This document shows, piece by piece, positions 8,476 through 17,398 of a stretch of DNA of 64,000 bases. Origin of the DNA: Candidatus Bathyarchaeia archaeon (GTDB lineage Archaea; Thermoproteota; Bathyarchaeia; Bathyarchaeales; Bathycorpusculaceae); the NCBI GenBank assembly GCA_038882655.1, contig JAVZNT010000003.1, forward strand, positions 1 to 64,000, in the 5' to 3' direction. A model generated the notes under the pieces. The model saw only the letters and a list, made by a program, of their open reading frames with translations. It did not search any database and was not told the origin of the DNA. Position numbers and translations under genes: made by a program. Position 1 is the stretch's first letter, and every line of letters begins with the position of its first letter.

Positions 8476-9465
8476 ATGGCTGAAATCTTTGTTTTAGCCG
8501 AGCATAGGCAAGGACAACTAAGGGACATAACCTTTGAAATGCTGACGAAAGCCAGAGAACTAGCCGAGAGAACAAACACCGAACCAGTGGCTGTTATTTT
8601 GGGAAAAAATGTTAAGGAGCATGCCAAAAACTTAGCTGAGCACGCCAAAAAAATTTTGCTTGTTGAGGATGAAAAGCTTGAAAACTTCAATTCAGAAGCC
8701 TACCAAAAGTTTCTTTCCCACCTAATTAAAGAGCACAAACCCTTTCTAACAATTATTGGACACACATCTTATGGTGTTGAGCTTGCTCCGAGGCTTGCAG
8801 CAGCCCTAAACATCCCACTAGCGACAGACTGCATAGACTTGGCTTTCGAAGGCGACACATTCATTGTCACGAGGCAGATGTACGGCGGGAAAGTGAACGT
8901 TAAAGCGGCACTCCGCAAGTCTGAAAGCTACATGGTTACAGTGCGCCAAGCAGCCTTCCAAGCTCAAAAGCCAACAGCACCTTTAAACGGGCAAATAGTT
9001 GAGGTCCCATCACCTACAACAGAAGAAATAGCCACAAAACGGTTCTTGGAATATGTTTTGCCGCCGCCCGGAGGAGTTGACATAACCGCAGCGGAAGTGC
9101 TTGTGGGCATTGGGAGGGGCCTAAAAGACCAGAGCAACATACCGATGGTTGAAGAATTGGCGAAGACGCTGGGCGGAGTGCTAGCGTGTTCGCGTCCAAT
9201 TGTTGATAAGGGTTGGCTTCCAAGCGACCGGCAGGTAGGGACTTCTGGAAAAACTGTTAAGCCAAAACTCTACATAGCCCTAGGCATAAGCGGAGCCTTC
9301 CAACACGTCTTAGGAATGAAAAGCTCCGACTTGATAATAGCCGTTAACAAAGACCCTAAGGCTCCAATATTCAGCTTTTCAGACTATGGCATTGTTGAAG
9401 ACCTATTCAAAGTTGTGCCAGTGCTGAAAAATAAAATCAGCGAGTTAAAAGCTCAAAAAGCATAA
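8476..9465 (+). CDS. etfA: Electron transfer flavoprotein alpha subunit
   Basis: GIGRG, SRPIVD.GW, QVGTSGKTVKPKLYIALGISGAFQH..GM, AVNKDPKAPIF. Confidence 0.96.
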   Translation: MAEIFVLAEHRQGQLRDITFEMLTKARELAERTNTEPVAVILGKNVKEHAKNLAEHAKKILLVEDEKLENFNSEAYQKFLSHLIKEHKPFLTIIGHTSYGVELAPRLAAALNIPLATDCIDLAFEGDTFIVTRQMYGGKVNVKAALRKSESYMVTVRQAAFQAQKPTAPLNGQIVEVPSPTTEEIATKRFLEYVLPPPGGVDITAAEVLVGIGRGLKDQSNIPMVEELAKTLGGVLACSRPIVDKGWLPSDRQVGTSGKTVKPKLYIALGISGAFQHVLGMKSSDLIIAVNKDPKAPIFSFSDYGIVEDLFKVVPVLKNKISELKAQKA

Positions 9466-9484
9466 TTAGAGTGGAGGAATCTGC

Positions 9485-10633
9485 ATGGAGTTTAAACTAA
9501 CAGATGAACAAATGGAAATCAAGCGGGCTGCCCGCGAATTCGCAGAAAAAGAGCTCACGCCTGAACTAGCCTTAGAATACGACCAGAAAGAAGAGTTTCC
9601 AATGGAGCTTTACAAGAAAGCCGCTAAACTGGGCTTCACGGGCATGCGAATACCCCAAGAATATGATGGGCAAGGTTACGGGGTCCTAGAAGAATGCCTA
9701 GTTGTTGAAGAGTTCTGCCGCGTTGACCCAGGATTGGGAGTAGCTATCTCCCTCGGAAATCTAATGGTTCCCGACGTCTTACTTAAGCACGGCACAAAAG
9801 AGCAAAAAGAAAAACATATTCCGCCACTGGCTAGAGGCGATAAAATTGCCGCTGCAGCCTTCACCGAGCCGGAGCATGGAAGCGACATAACTAAGATGGA
9901 CACGACAGCTGTCAAAGTGGGCGACGAGTGGGTTATTAATGGCTCAAAACAGTTCATAACAAATGCGCCAATAGCCGACACTTTCATAATTCTATGCCAA
10001 ACAGACCCCAACGCGACCCCACCTCACCGTGGGCAAAGCCTCTTCCTAGTGGAGAAGGGCATGCCAGGTTTAGAGACAACAAAGCTTCAAGGCAAGATGG
10101 GTATAAGACCATGTGTTACTGGCTCGTTGGCGTTAAGCGACCTCCATGTACCCGCAAGCAATCTTATAGGCGAACTGAATAGAGGCTTCTATTATGCGCT
10201 TGAGCTTTTTGATGGAACCCGTATAACTGTAGCAGCCCAAGCCGTCGGCATAGCTCAAGGAGCCTTTGAAAAAGCCCTAAACTATGCTAAAACCCGCAAA
10301 CAGTTCGGACAGCCCATAATCAATTTCCAAGGCGTCTCCTTCAAGCTGGCTGAAATGGCTATGAAGATTGAGACCGCTCGCTTGCTAACGTACAAGGCGG
10401 CTTGGATATACGACCATGAAAAGCCTAGTCCAGCGGCAACATCGATGGCTAAGGCTTATGCGAGTCGCGTAGCTATGGAAGTTACAGACGACGCCATTCA
10501 AATATTTGGTGGTTACGGCTATTTAGCGGACTACCACGTGGAGCGCTTCCATAGATGTGCAAAAATAACTGAAATTTACGAAGGCACAAGCGAAATCCAA
10601 AAGCTGACCATCGTCAACTTTCTAACGAAGTAG
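9485..10633 (+). CDS. Acyl-CoA dehydrogenase (copy 1)
   Basis: FTEPEHGSD, INGSKQFITNA, KMGIR, RKQFGQPI, QIFGGYGY, TEIYEGTSEIQ. Confidence 0.95.
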   Translation: MEFKLTDEQMEIKRAAREFAEKELTPELALEYDQKEEFPMELYKKAAKLGFTGMRIPQEYDGQGYGVLEECLVVEEFCRVDPGLGVAISLGNLMVPDVLLKHGTKEQKEKHIPPLARGDKIAAAAFTEPEHGSDITKMDTTAVKVGDEWVINGSKQFITNAPIADTFIILCQTDPNATPPHRGQSLFLVEKGMPGLETTKLQGKMGIRPCVTGSLALSDLHVPASNLIGELNRGFYYALELFDGTRITVAAQAVGIAQGAFEKALNYAKTRKQFGQPIINFQGVSFKLAEMAMKIETARLLTYKAAWIYDHEKPSPAATSMAKAYASRVAMEVTDDAIQIFGGYGYLADYHVERFHRCAKITEIYEGTSEIQKLTIVNFLTK

Positions 10634-10740
10634 CCACCTTCTCCCCCTTTATTTTCTCAAACGGTTTGTAGGCGACTTCTCAAAAGTTTTATTACGAGTC
10701 TTCCCTATTCAATTTCATTCTAGATTGGGAGAGGATTTGT

Positions 10741-11925
10741 TTGGCTGAAAAATTGAAGAAAGCCGCTGTAATTGGTTCTGGAGCAATGGGGCATGGAATA
10801 ACGCAGCTTTTAGCGATGAGCGCCATAGAAGTGGCAATGGTGGACGTCAGCGACGAACTATTGCAAAAGGGTTTGGAGAAAATTAAGTGGAGCCTAGGCA
10901 AGTTTGTTGAAAAGAAAAGGGTTAGGCAGGAAGATGCAGACGCCGCGCTTTCGCGAATAAAAACGACAACAAGCTATGAGGAGGCAGCCAAAGACATAGA
11001 CCTTGCAATCGAGGCAGTTCCAGAAAACATGGAGCTTAAAAAGCAAGTTTTCGCAAAACTTGACAGCGTCGCACCGCCGCACGCAATTTTAGCGTCTAAC
11101 ACTTCGACCTTGAGCATAACTGTAATGGGAGACGCCACAAAACGCCCAGAAAAAGTGGCGGGAATGCACTTCTTTAACCCACCGCAAATGATGGCTCTGG
11201 TAGAGGTCATTAAAGGCGAAAAAACGAGTCAAGAAACGATAGATGCGCTTGTGGAGCTGGCTAAAAAACTTGGAAAAACTCCAGTGGTTGTCAAAAAGGA
11301 TGTGCGGGGCTTCATAGTTAACCGCGTTCTCGGGGCAGTTTTTAACGAGGCTTTCTGGGCTTATCACAGAGGAGAAGCAACAAAGGAAGGTATAGACGCC
11401 TCCGTCAAATATAGTGGCGGCTTCCCGATGGGATGGTTTGAACTGGCAGACTTCGTCGGGCTTGACATAGCCTATGAAGTTGGGAAAATCCTTTACGAAG
11501 CTTATGGCGAACGCTTTAAACCTTGCGCAGAAGTCATAGAGCCTCTTGTCAGGGAGAAAAAGCTTGGACAAAAAACTGGCGTCGGCTTCTACGACTGGAC
11601 TAAGGGAAGACCAAGAATACCCTTCAATTTGATGGAGGAATATGACGTTGAAAGGTCTTGGGCTGTAGCCGTAAACGAGGCTGCATGGCTAATACATGAA
11701 GGCGCAGCAAACCCAGCAGACATAGACACTGGAATGAAGCTTGGCACTTATTGGCCTTCTGGTCCATGCGAGTATGCTGATAGGACTGGTATAGATGTTG
11801 TTGTCAACAAGTTGAAGGAGCTTTATGCCAAATACAACATGGGAATGTATAAGCCATGCCCGCTGCTAGAAGAGTATGTTAGCAAGGGCTGGCTTGGTAA
11901 GAAAACTGGAAGGGGGTTCTACTAG
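10741..11925 (+). CDS. 3-hydroxyacyl-CoA dehydrogenase with duplicated C-terminal domain
   Basis: GSGAMGHGI, IEAVPE, ASNTS, GMHFFNP, GFIVNR, PMG.FELAD.VGLD, and two G.KTG.GFY endings. Confidence 0.95.
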   Translation: MAEKLKKAAVIGSGAMGHGITQLLAMSAIEVAMVDVSDELLQKGLEKIKWSLGKFVEKKRVRQEDADAALSRIKTTTSYEEAAKDIDLAIEAVPENMELKKQVFAKLDSVAPPHAILASNTSTLSITVMGDATKRPEKVAGMHFFNPPQMMALVEVIKGEKTSQETIDALVELAKKLGKTPVVVKKDVRGFIVNRVLGAVFNEAFWAYHRGEATKEGIDASVKYSGGFPMGWFELADFVGLDIAYEVGKILYEAYGERFKPCAEVIEPLVREKKLGQKTGVGFYDWTKGRPRIPFNLMEEYDVERSWAVAVNEAAWLIHEGAANPADIDTGMKLGTYWPSGPCEYADRTGIDVVVNKLKELYAKYNMGMYKPCPLLEEYVSKGWLGKKTGRGFY

Positions 11926-13080
11926 ATGAAGTTTGAATTAACCGAAGAGCAGATTGGAATAAAAAATGCCGTGAGGGAATTCTGCGATAAGGAGTTCAAA
12001 CCAGAATTGGCATTGGAACTTGACCGTAAAGAAGAGTTTCCAGTGGAGCTTTACAAGAAAGCCGCAAAGTTGGGTTTTACAAGCATGTTCTTCCCACAAG
12101 AGTATGGCGGCCAAGGATATGGGCTTCTTGAAACATGCCTTGTAATCGAGGAAATGTGTAGGGCGGACTCCTCGCTTGGTGTAGCTATTTCAAGTGGAAA
12201 CTTTGGTAGCGAGTTAATATTGGCTTATGGTAGTAAGGAGCAGAAGGAGAAGTATCTTCCGCCAATCTGTAGAGGCGACTATATTTCTGCTGCAGCCTTC
12301 ACAGAACCAAATGTCAGCGGAAGCGACATAACTCGCATGGAGACAACAGCCACAAAATATGGGAACGAATGGTGGATTAATGGCACAAAAACTTTCATAA
12401 CAAACGCCACAATAGCCGATTTTATTGTTGTTTTAACCCAAACAGACACAAAAGTTAGACCAACATACCGTGGTGAAACGTTGTTTGTCGTGAATAAGGG
12501 CACACCGGGACTTGAAACAACAAAGCTTCACAACAAGATGGGGATAAGATGTTCCGTAACTGGCGAAGTGCGCTTTGACAACGTTAAGGTCACCGACTGG
12601 CATATTGTAGGCGAACTTAACAGAGGCTTCTACCACTCAATGGAGTTCTTCGACAAAACAAGGGTTGGCGTAGCAGCTCAAGCCGTGGGCATGGCTCAAG
12701 GCGCGTGGGAAGTAGCCTTCAAATACTCAAAGCAGAGGGAAGCCTTCGGACAGCCCATAATACAGCATGAAGCCATAGGCTGTACCTTGGCGGAGTTAGC
12801 CACAAAAATAGAGGCTGCAAGGCTTCTAACTTACAAGGCCGCTTGGCTCATAGATGTTGGAAAAATGGATCCAATGGGGACAGCCATGGCTAAACAGTAC
12901 GCAAGCAGGGTGGCAATGGAAGCCACAGACTTCGCCATCCAAACATTGGGCGGTTATGGCTATTTAGGCGAGTACCGTGTTGAAAGATACCATAGAGACG
13001 CAAAAATAACTGAAATCTACGAGGGAACAAGCGAAATCCAGAAGCTTACAGTGCTGAAGTATCTCCTAAGAAAGTTCTAA
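11926..13080 (+). CDS. Acyl-CoA dehydrogenase (copy 2)
   Basis: FTEP..SGSD, INGTKTFITNA, REAFGQPI, QTLGGYGY, TEIYEGTSEIQ. Confidence 0.95.
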   Translation: MKFELTEEQIGIKNAVREFCDKEFKPELALELDRKEEFPVELYKKAAKLGFTSMFFPQEYGGQGYGLLETCLVIEEMCRADSSLGVAISSGNFGSELILAYGSKEQKEKYLPPICRGDYISAAAFTEPNVSGSDITRMETTATKYGNEWWINGTKTFITNATIADFIVVLTQTDTKVRPTYRGETLFVVNKGTPGLETTKLHNKMGIRCSVTGEVRFDNVKVTDWHIVGELNRGFYHSMEFFDKTRVGVAAQAVGMAQGAWEVAFKYSKQREAFGQPIIQHEAIGCTLAELATKIEAARLLTYKAAWLIDVGKMDPMGTAMAKQYASRVAMEATDFAIQTLGGYGYLGEYRVERYHRDAKITEIYEGTSEIQKLTVLKYLLRKF

Positions 13081-13131
13081 ATCTCCCAAAAGTAATATAG
13101 GCTGTTCCATAAAACATGGTTTGGTGAAATT

Positions 13132-13920
13132 ATGAGCAAAGCGTATGAAACCCTAAAAATTGAGAGGGAAGACAACGTCCTATGGATAACCCTAAACAGA
13201 CCGCATAGATTAAACGCCTTTAACGACGTTTTAATGGAAGAGCTTGCAGACGCCTTGGATACGGCTGAAAAAGATTCATCCGTTAGATGTGTGGTGATAA
13301 CCGGCGAAGGCGACAGATCCTTCAGCGCTGGCGCAGACGTGACAATGTTTCCAAAGGCAACGCCCGTGAAAGCTGAAGAGTTTTCTAGGCTTGGGCAGAA
13401 GGTTTTCAGTAAAATAGAGGAAATGTCAAAACCAGTTATAGCGGCGATTAACGGCTTCGCCCTAGGCGGAGGCTTGGAACTGGCATTGGCATGCGACTTT
13501 AGAATAGCGGCAGAGCATGCAGAACTAGGTAGTCCCGAAATAAATTTGGGGCTAATACCTGGATGGGGTGGAACCCAAAGGCTTGTGAGGATTATTGGCT
13601 TAGCAAAGGCTAAGGAAATGGTTATGCTTGGAACAAGGCTTAAGGCTGAAGAAGCCCTAAAAATCGGTTTAGTCCACAAGATTGTGCATTACGAGAAGCT
13701 TAGAGACGAGGTTCGCGAGCTAGCCAAAAAACTGAGCGAAGGACCGCCTGTAGCTTTGAAGTATGCGAAATTCGCCGTAAACTTTGGAACACAAGTGCCA
13801 TTAGACGCGGGCTTACGCATAGAATCAGCCCTTATGGGTCTAACCTTCTCAACAGAAGACCTGAAAGAAGGCGTTGAAGCCTTCATGTCAAGGCGGAAAG
13901 CAGAGTTCAAAGGAAAATAG
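13132..13920 (+). CDS. Enoyl-CoA hydratase (crotonase)
   Basis: ITLNRP..LNA, FSAGAD, AAING.ALGGGLELALACD, PEINLGLIPGWGGTQRL; both catalytic Glu present. Confidence 0.95.
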   Translation: MSKAYETLKIEREDNVLWITLNRPHRLNAFNDVLMEELADALDTAEKDSSVRCVVITGEGDRSFSAGADVTMFPKATPVKAEEFSRLGQKVFSKIEEMSKPVIAAINGFALGGGLELALACDFRIAAEHAELGSPEINLGLIPGWGGTQRLVRIIGLAKAKEMVMLGTRLKAEEALKIGLVHKIVHYEKLRDEVRELAKKLSEGPPVALKYAKFAVNFGTQVPLDAGLRIESALMGLTFSTEDLKEGVEAFMSRRKAEFKGK

Positions 13921-13986
13921 GCACTTCACCATTTCCCCACATTTTTAATTGTTTCAAAATTTGAGGTCTAATGGAAGAGTGGTAAG

Positions 13987-15159
13987 ATGAGAAAAGTTGC
14001 GATCATCGGCGTTGGGAGCTCCAAGTTTGGAGTTAGAAACGATGTTAATGTGGCGGAACTCGCCTTTGAAGCTTTTAAGCCCTCTGTTGAGGATGCTGGG
14101 ATAACGCCCAAAGACATAGAGTTCGTTGCTGTGGGCTCGACTGGAGCCGGAGCGTGGTATGAAGAGCTTCTCCCAGCCGTGGTTTCAGCTGAATATTGTG
14201 GCTTAACTGGGACTGGTCTTGTGCGTTGCGAAGCCGCATGTGCAAGTGGAAGTGCAGCCTTTTCGACAGCCTATTGGGATGTGGCAAGCGGGCAAGTCGA
14301 GATTGCAGCGGCTTTAGGTGTTGAGAAAATGCGGGAAATTGACACTCCGACAATGATGGAGTGGATTGGAAGAGCTGGATATTACCTATGGGAGTTCCAC
14401 AACTTCGGTTTAACCTTTCCAGCTTATTATGCTTTATATGCAACCGCCCACATGGCGAAGTTCGGCACGACAGAAGAGGATTTAGCTTTAGTTGCTGTTA
14501 AAAACCACAAGTACGCTTCCATGAACCCAATAGCGCATCTACAAAACAGAATAACAGTTGACGACGTGTTATCTTCGATGGTTATTGCCGCACCCCTAAA
14601 ACTCTTCGACTGCTGCCCAGTCTCCGATGGGGCCGCTTCGATAATCTTGGCCTCTGAAGAGAAGGTTAAAGAGCTTAAGGTTGACACGCCAGTTTGGGTT
14701 GCCGGTATAGGATATGCTTCTGGAACAGCTAACATGAGCAAGAGGCTTGACTATGTGGGATTGGAAGCCAGCGTGGCAGCAGCCCAAAAAGCCTACAAAA
14801 TGGCAAATGTAACACCAGACCAGCTTGACGTTGCAGTGGTCCACGACTGCTTCACCATAGCCGAAATAATGGCATACGAAGATTTGGGCTTCTGCAAGAA
14901 GGGCGAAGGCGCCAAACTAATTAGAGAGGGACAAACCGAAATAAGCGGAAAAATCCCGGTGAATGTAGACGGTGGCTTAAAAGCCAAGGGTCACCCGATT
15001 GGCACAACAGGCTGCTCAATGATATATGAGTTGACAAAGCAGTTGAGAGAGGAGGCTGTTGAAAAGAGCAGACAAGCTCCAATGAAAAATTACATAGCCC
15101 TAGCCCACAATGTGGGCGGAACTGGGCACTACTGTTACGTGACGATTTTAAGGAGATGA
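13987..15159 (+). CDS. Archaeal (SCP2-like) thiolase / acetyl-CoA acetyltransferase
   Basis: EAACASG, AVKNH, DGAA, VHDCFTIAE, GGLKAKGHPIG.TG, HNVGG. Confidence 0.93.
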   Translation: MRKVAIIGVGSSKFGVRNDVNVAELAFEAFKPSVEDAGITPKDIEFVAVGSTGAGAWYEELLPAVVSAEYCGLTGTGLVRCEAACASGSAAFSTAYWDVASGQVEIAAALGVEKMREIDTPTMMEWIGRAGYYLWEFHNFGLTFPAYYALYATAHMAKFGTTEEDLALVAVKNHKYASMNPIAHLQNRITVDDVLSSMVIAAPLKLFDCCPVSDGAASIILASEEKVKELKVDTPVWVAGIGYASGTANMSKRLDYVGLEASVAAAQKAYKMANVTPDQLDVAVVHDCFTIAEIMAYEDLGFCKKGEGAKLIREGQTEISGKIPVNVDGGLKAKGHPIGTTGCSMIYELTKQLREEAVEKSRQAPMKNYIALAHNVGGTGHYCYVTILRR

Positions 15160-15163
15160 GAAG

Positions 15164-15595
15164 ATGGCTGCTATGCCCTCCATAAAATCGAGAGAAGTAA
15201 AAATCGTGCAAGACATCCCCATAAGTAAGACGCTTCAGTTTTGGGAAGCCCTCAAACAAGGGAAAATCCTAGCCACAAAATGCAGAAAATGTGGAAAACT
15301 GTATTTCCCACCAGTTGCTGACTGCTCAAACTGCTTAACTTCAGACATGGAGTGGGTTGAACTCAGCAACGAGGCGACAATCGAAACTTTCACGCATGTG
15401 GTTGTTAGACCAGCAACCTTCCAACAGGAAAAGCCCTACACCGTAGCCATCGGCAGACTAAAAGAAGGCGTTAGGGTGCTTGCGTGGCTTACAGGCTTTA
15501 AACTTTCAGAGGTTAAAGTGGGAATGAAAGCCAAACTTGTGGCAAAGTTAACCCCTGAAGGGCGTCCCACTTACGAGTTCACCCGTCCAGAGTAA
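15164..15595 (+). CDS. DUF35 Zn-ribbon/OB-fold thiolase partner
   Basis: CRKCG..YFPP...C..C followed by an OB fold; directly downstream of the thiolase. Confidence 0.92.
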   Translation: MAAMPSIKSREVKIVQDIPISKTLQFWEALKQGKILATKCRKCGKLYFPPVADCSNCLTSDMEWVELSNEATIETFTHVVVRPATFQQEKPYTVAIGRLKEGVRVLAWLTGFKLSEVKVGMKAKLVAKLTPEGRPTYEFTRPE

Positions 15596-15651
15596 AACCA
15601 TGGAAAGTATTATTACTTCAAAAATCGAAAATATCTCTAATAGGGTTTGAT

Positions 15652-17391
15652 ATGCCAGCTAAAAGGAAAAAGAAGGGTGAAGAGGAGAAAATTAAAAAGC
15701 CAGAAATGCCGGAAAAACCATGGTACAAGTTTTGGTCGCCCAGCGTTAGAAAACACATAGACTATCCCGAGGTGCCCCTTTTCGAGTTTTTAAGAGACTC
15801 CGCCAAAAAATATTCAGATAAGACTGCGATAATCTACTTTGACAGAAAAATAACCTATAAGGAACTGGATTTGCTCTCTGACAGGTTTGCAACTGCCTTA
15901 GCGAATTTAGGAGTAAAGAAGGGGGACAAAGTCGCAATTTATCTTCCAAACGTTCCGCAGTTTGTAATTTCCTATTATGGCGCTTTGAAGGCTGGAGCAA
16001 TTGTCACTGCGATAAGTCCGCTTTATAAGGAGCGGGAGGTGGAGCATCAGCTAAACGATTCTGAAGCTGAAACAATAGTTGTTCTTGACTTGCTTTATCC
16101 AATTGTGGCGAAGGTTTGGGGGAAAACAAAGCTTCGAAATGTTATAGTGGCAGGCCTAAAGGATTACATGCCAACTTTTAAGGCTGTTCTCGGTTCCTTA
16201 TTGAAAAAGATTCCATCTCATAAAGTTGAGCGGAAGGCCAACGTTTACTTTTTCATGGAATTGATGGCAAAGTATGAGGCTAAACCGCTGAAAGTTGAAA
16301 TAAATCCGAGGGAAGATTTGGCTGCTCTCCAATACACTGGCGGGACTACTGGAATTTCTAAAGGAGCTATGCTCACTCACATGAACCTTGTTTCAAACGC
16401 TGTTATGTGCAAAGAATGGCTGCAAGCCAACGAGGCTGAAGAAGTTGTTTTAACAGTGCTTCCACTGTTCCACATCTACGGTATGACGACAAGCATGAAC
16501 GCTCCAATATTTTTCGCTGGAACAATGGTTATGTTGCCCCGCTTCGACCCAGTAGCCGTCTTGGAAGCCATCCACAAACACAGAGTGACGGTGTTTTGCG
16601 GTGCACCGACAATGTATGCAATGCTCATAGCCCACCCAGACCTCAAAAGATACGACCTAAAATCAATAAAATTCTGTGTTTCAGGAGCAGCTCCGCTCCC
16701 ACCAGAGGTCCAGAAGAAGTTCATGGAGGTTACAGGAGGCGTTTTGGTTGAAGGTTATGGGCTTACAGAATCATCGCCAGTAACACATGCTAACCCGCTT
16801 GACAAAACTATGAAGACCGTGAAGATAGGCTCAATTGGGATACCTTGGCCTGACACAGACGCGAAAATAGTTGATTTGGAGACAGGCGAAAAAGAGCTTC
16901 CACCCGGAGAAATTGGTGAACTTATAGTTAAGGGGCCACAAGTGATGAAGGGCTACTGGAAAATGCCAGAAGAAACAGCCGAAGTCTTGAGAAATGGCTG
17001 GCTTTACACCGGCGACATTGGAAAAATGGACGAGGACGGCTACTTCTACATAACAGACAGAAAGAAAGATCTAATCAAATACAAGGGCTACAGCGTCTAC
17101 CCAAGGGAGCTTGAAGATGTCTTATATGAGCATCCAGCTGTGAAACTCTGCGGAGTTATTGGCAAACCAGACCCTGTTGCTGGTGAAATCCCAAAAGCTT
17201 TCGTTGTGCTGAAAGAGGGAATGACTGCCACCGAAGAGGAGCTGATGAAATTTGTAAATGAGAAGGTTGCACCTTACAAGGCGATTAGGGAGCTGGAGAT
17301 TCGCAAGGAGCTACCACTAAGCGCTGTTGGCAAGGTTCTCCGCAGAGTTCTGCGGGAAGAAGAGCTTAAAAAACTGGCTGCTAAAACCTAG
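15652..17391 (+). CDS. fadD: Long-chain acyl-CoA synthetase (AMP-forming)
   Basis: YTGGTTG.SKG, LPLFHIYG, EGYGLTE, TGDIG, DRKKDLIK, GKVLRR. Confidence 0.92.
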   Translation: MPAKRKKKGEEEKIKKPEMPEKPWYKFWSPSVRKHIDYPEVPLFEFLRDSAKKYSDKTAIIYFDRKITYKELDLLSDRFATALANLGVKKGDKVAIYLPNVPQFVISYYGALKAGAIVTAISPLYKEREVEHQLNDSEAETIVVLDLLYPIVAKVWGKTKLRNVIVAGLKDYMPTFKAVLGSLLKKIPSHKVERKANVYFFMELMAKYEAKPLKVEINPREDLAALQYTGGTTGISKGAMLTHMNLVSNAVMCKEWLQANEAEEVVLTVLPLFHIYGMTTSMNAPIFFAGTMVMLPRFDPVAVLEAIHKHRVTVFCGAPTMYAMLIAHPDLKRYDLKSIKFCVSGAAPLPPEVQKKFMEVTGGVLVEGYGLTESSPVTHANPLDKTMKTVKIGSIGIPWPDTDAKIVDLETGEKELPPGEIGELIVKGPQVMKGYWKMPEETAEVLRNGWLYTGDIGKMDEDGYFYITDRKKDLIKYKGYSVYPRELEDVLYEHPAVKLCGVIGKPDPVAGEIPKAFVVLKEGMTATEEELMKFVNEKVAPYKAIRELEIRKELPLSAVGKVLRRVLREEELKKLAAKT

Positions 17392-17398
17392 CTTTTCT

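Noticed and set aside
13077-13679. 200-aa ORF antisense to the enoyl-CoA hydratase (likewise 25819..26442, 30147..30722, 59319..59816 and many shorter ones)
   Set aside because: Overlap well-supported genes on the opposite strand and have no motifs; shadow ORFs.
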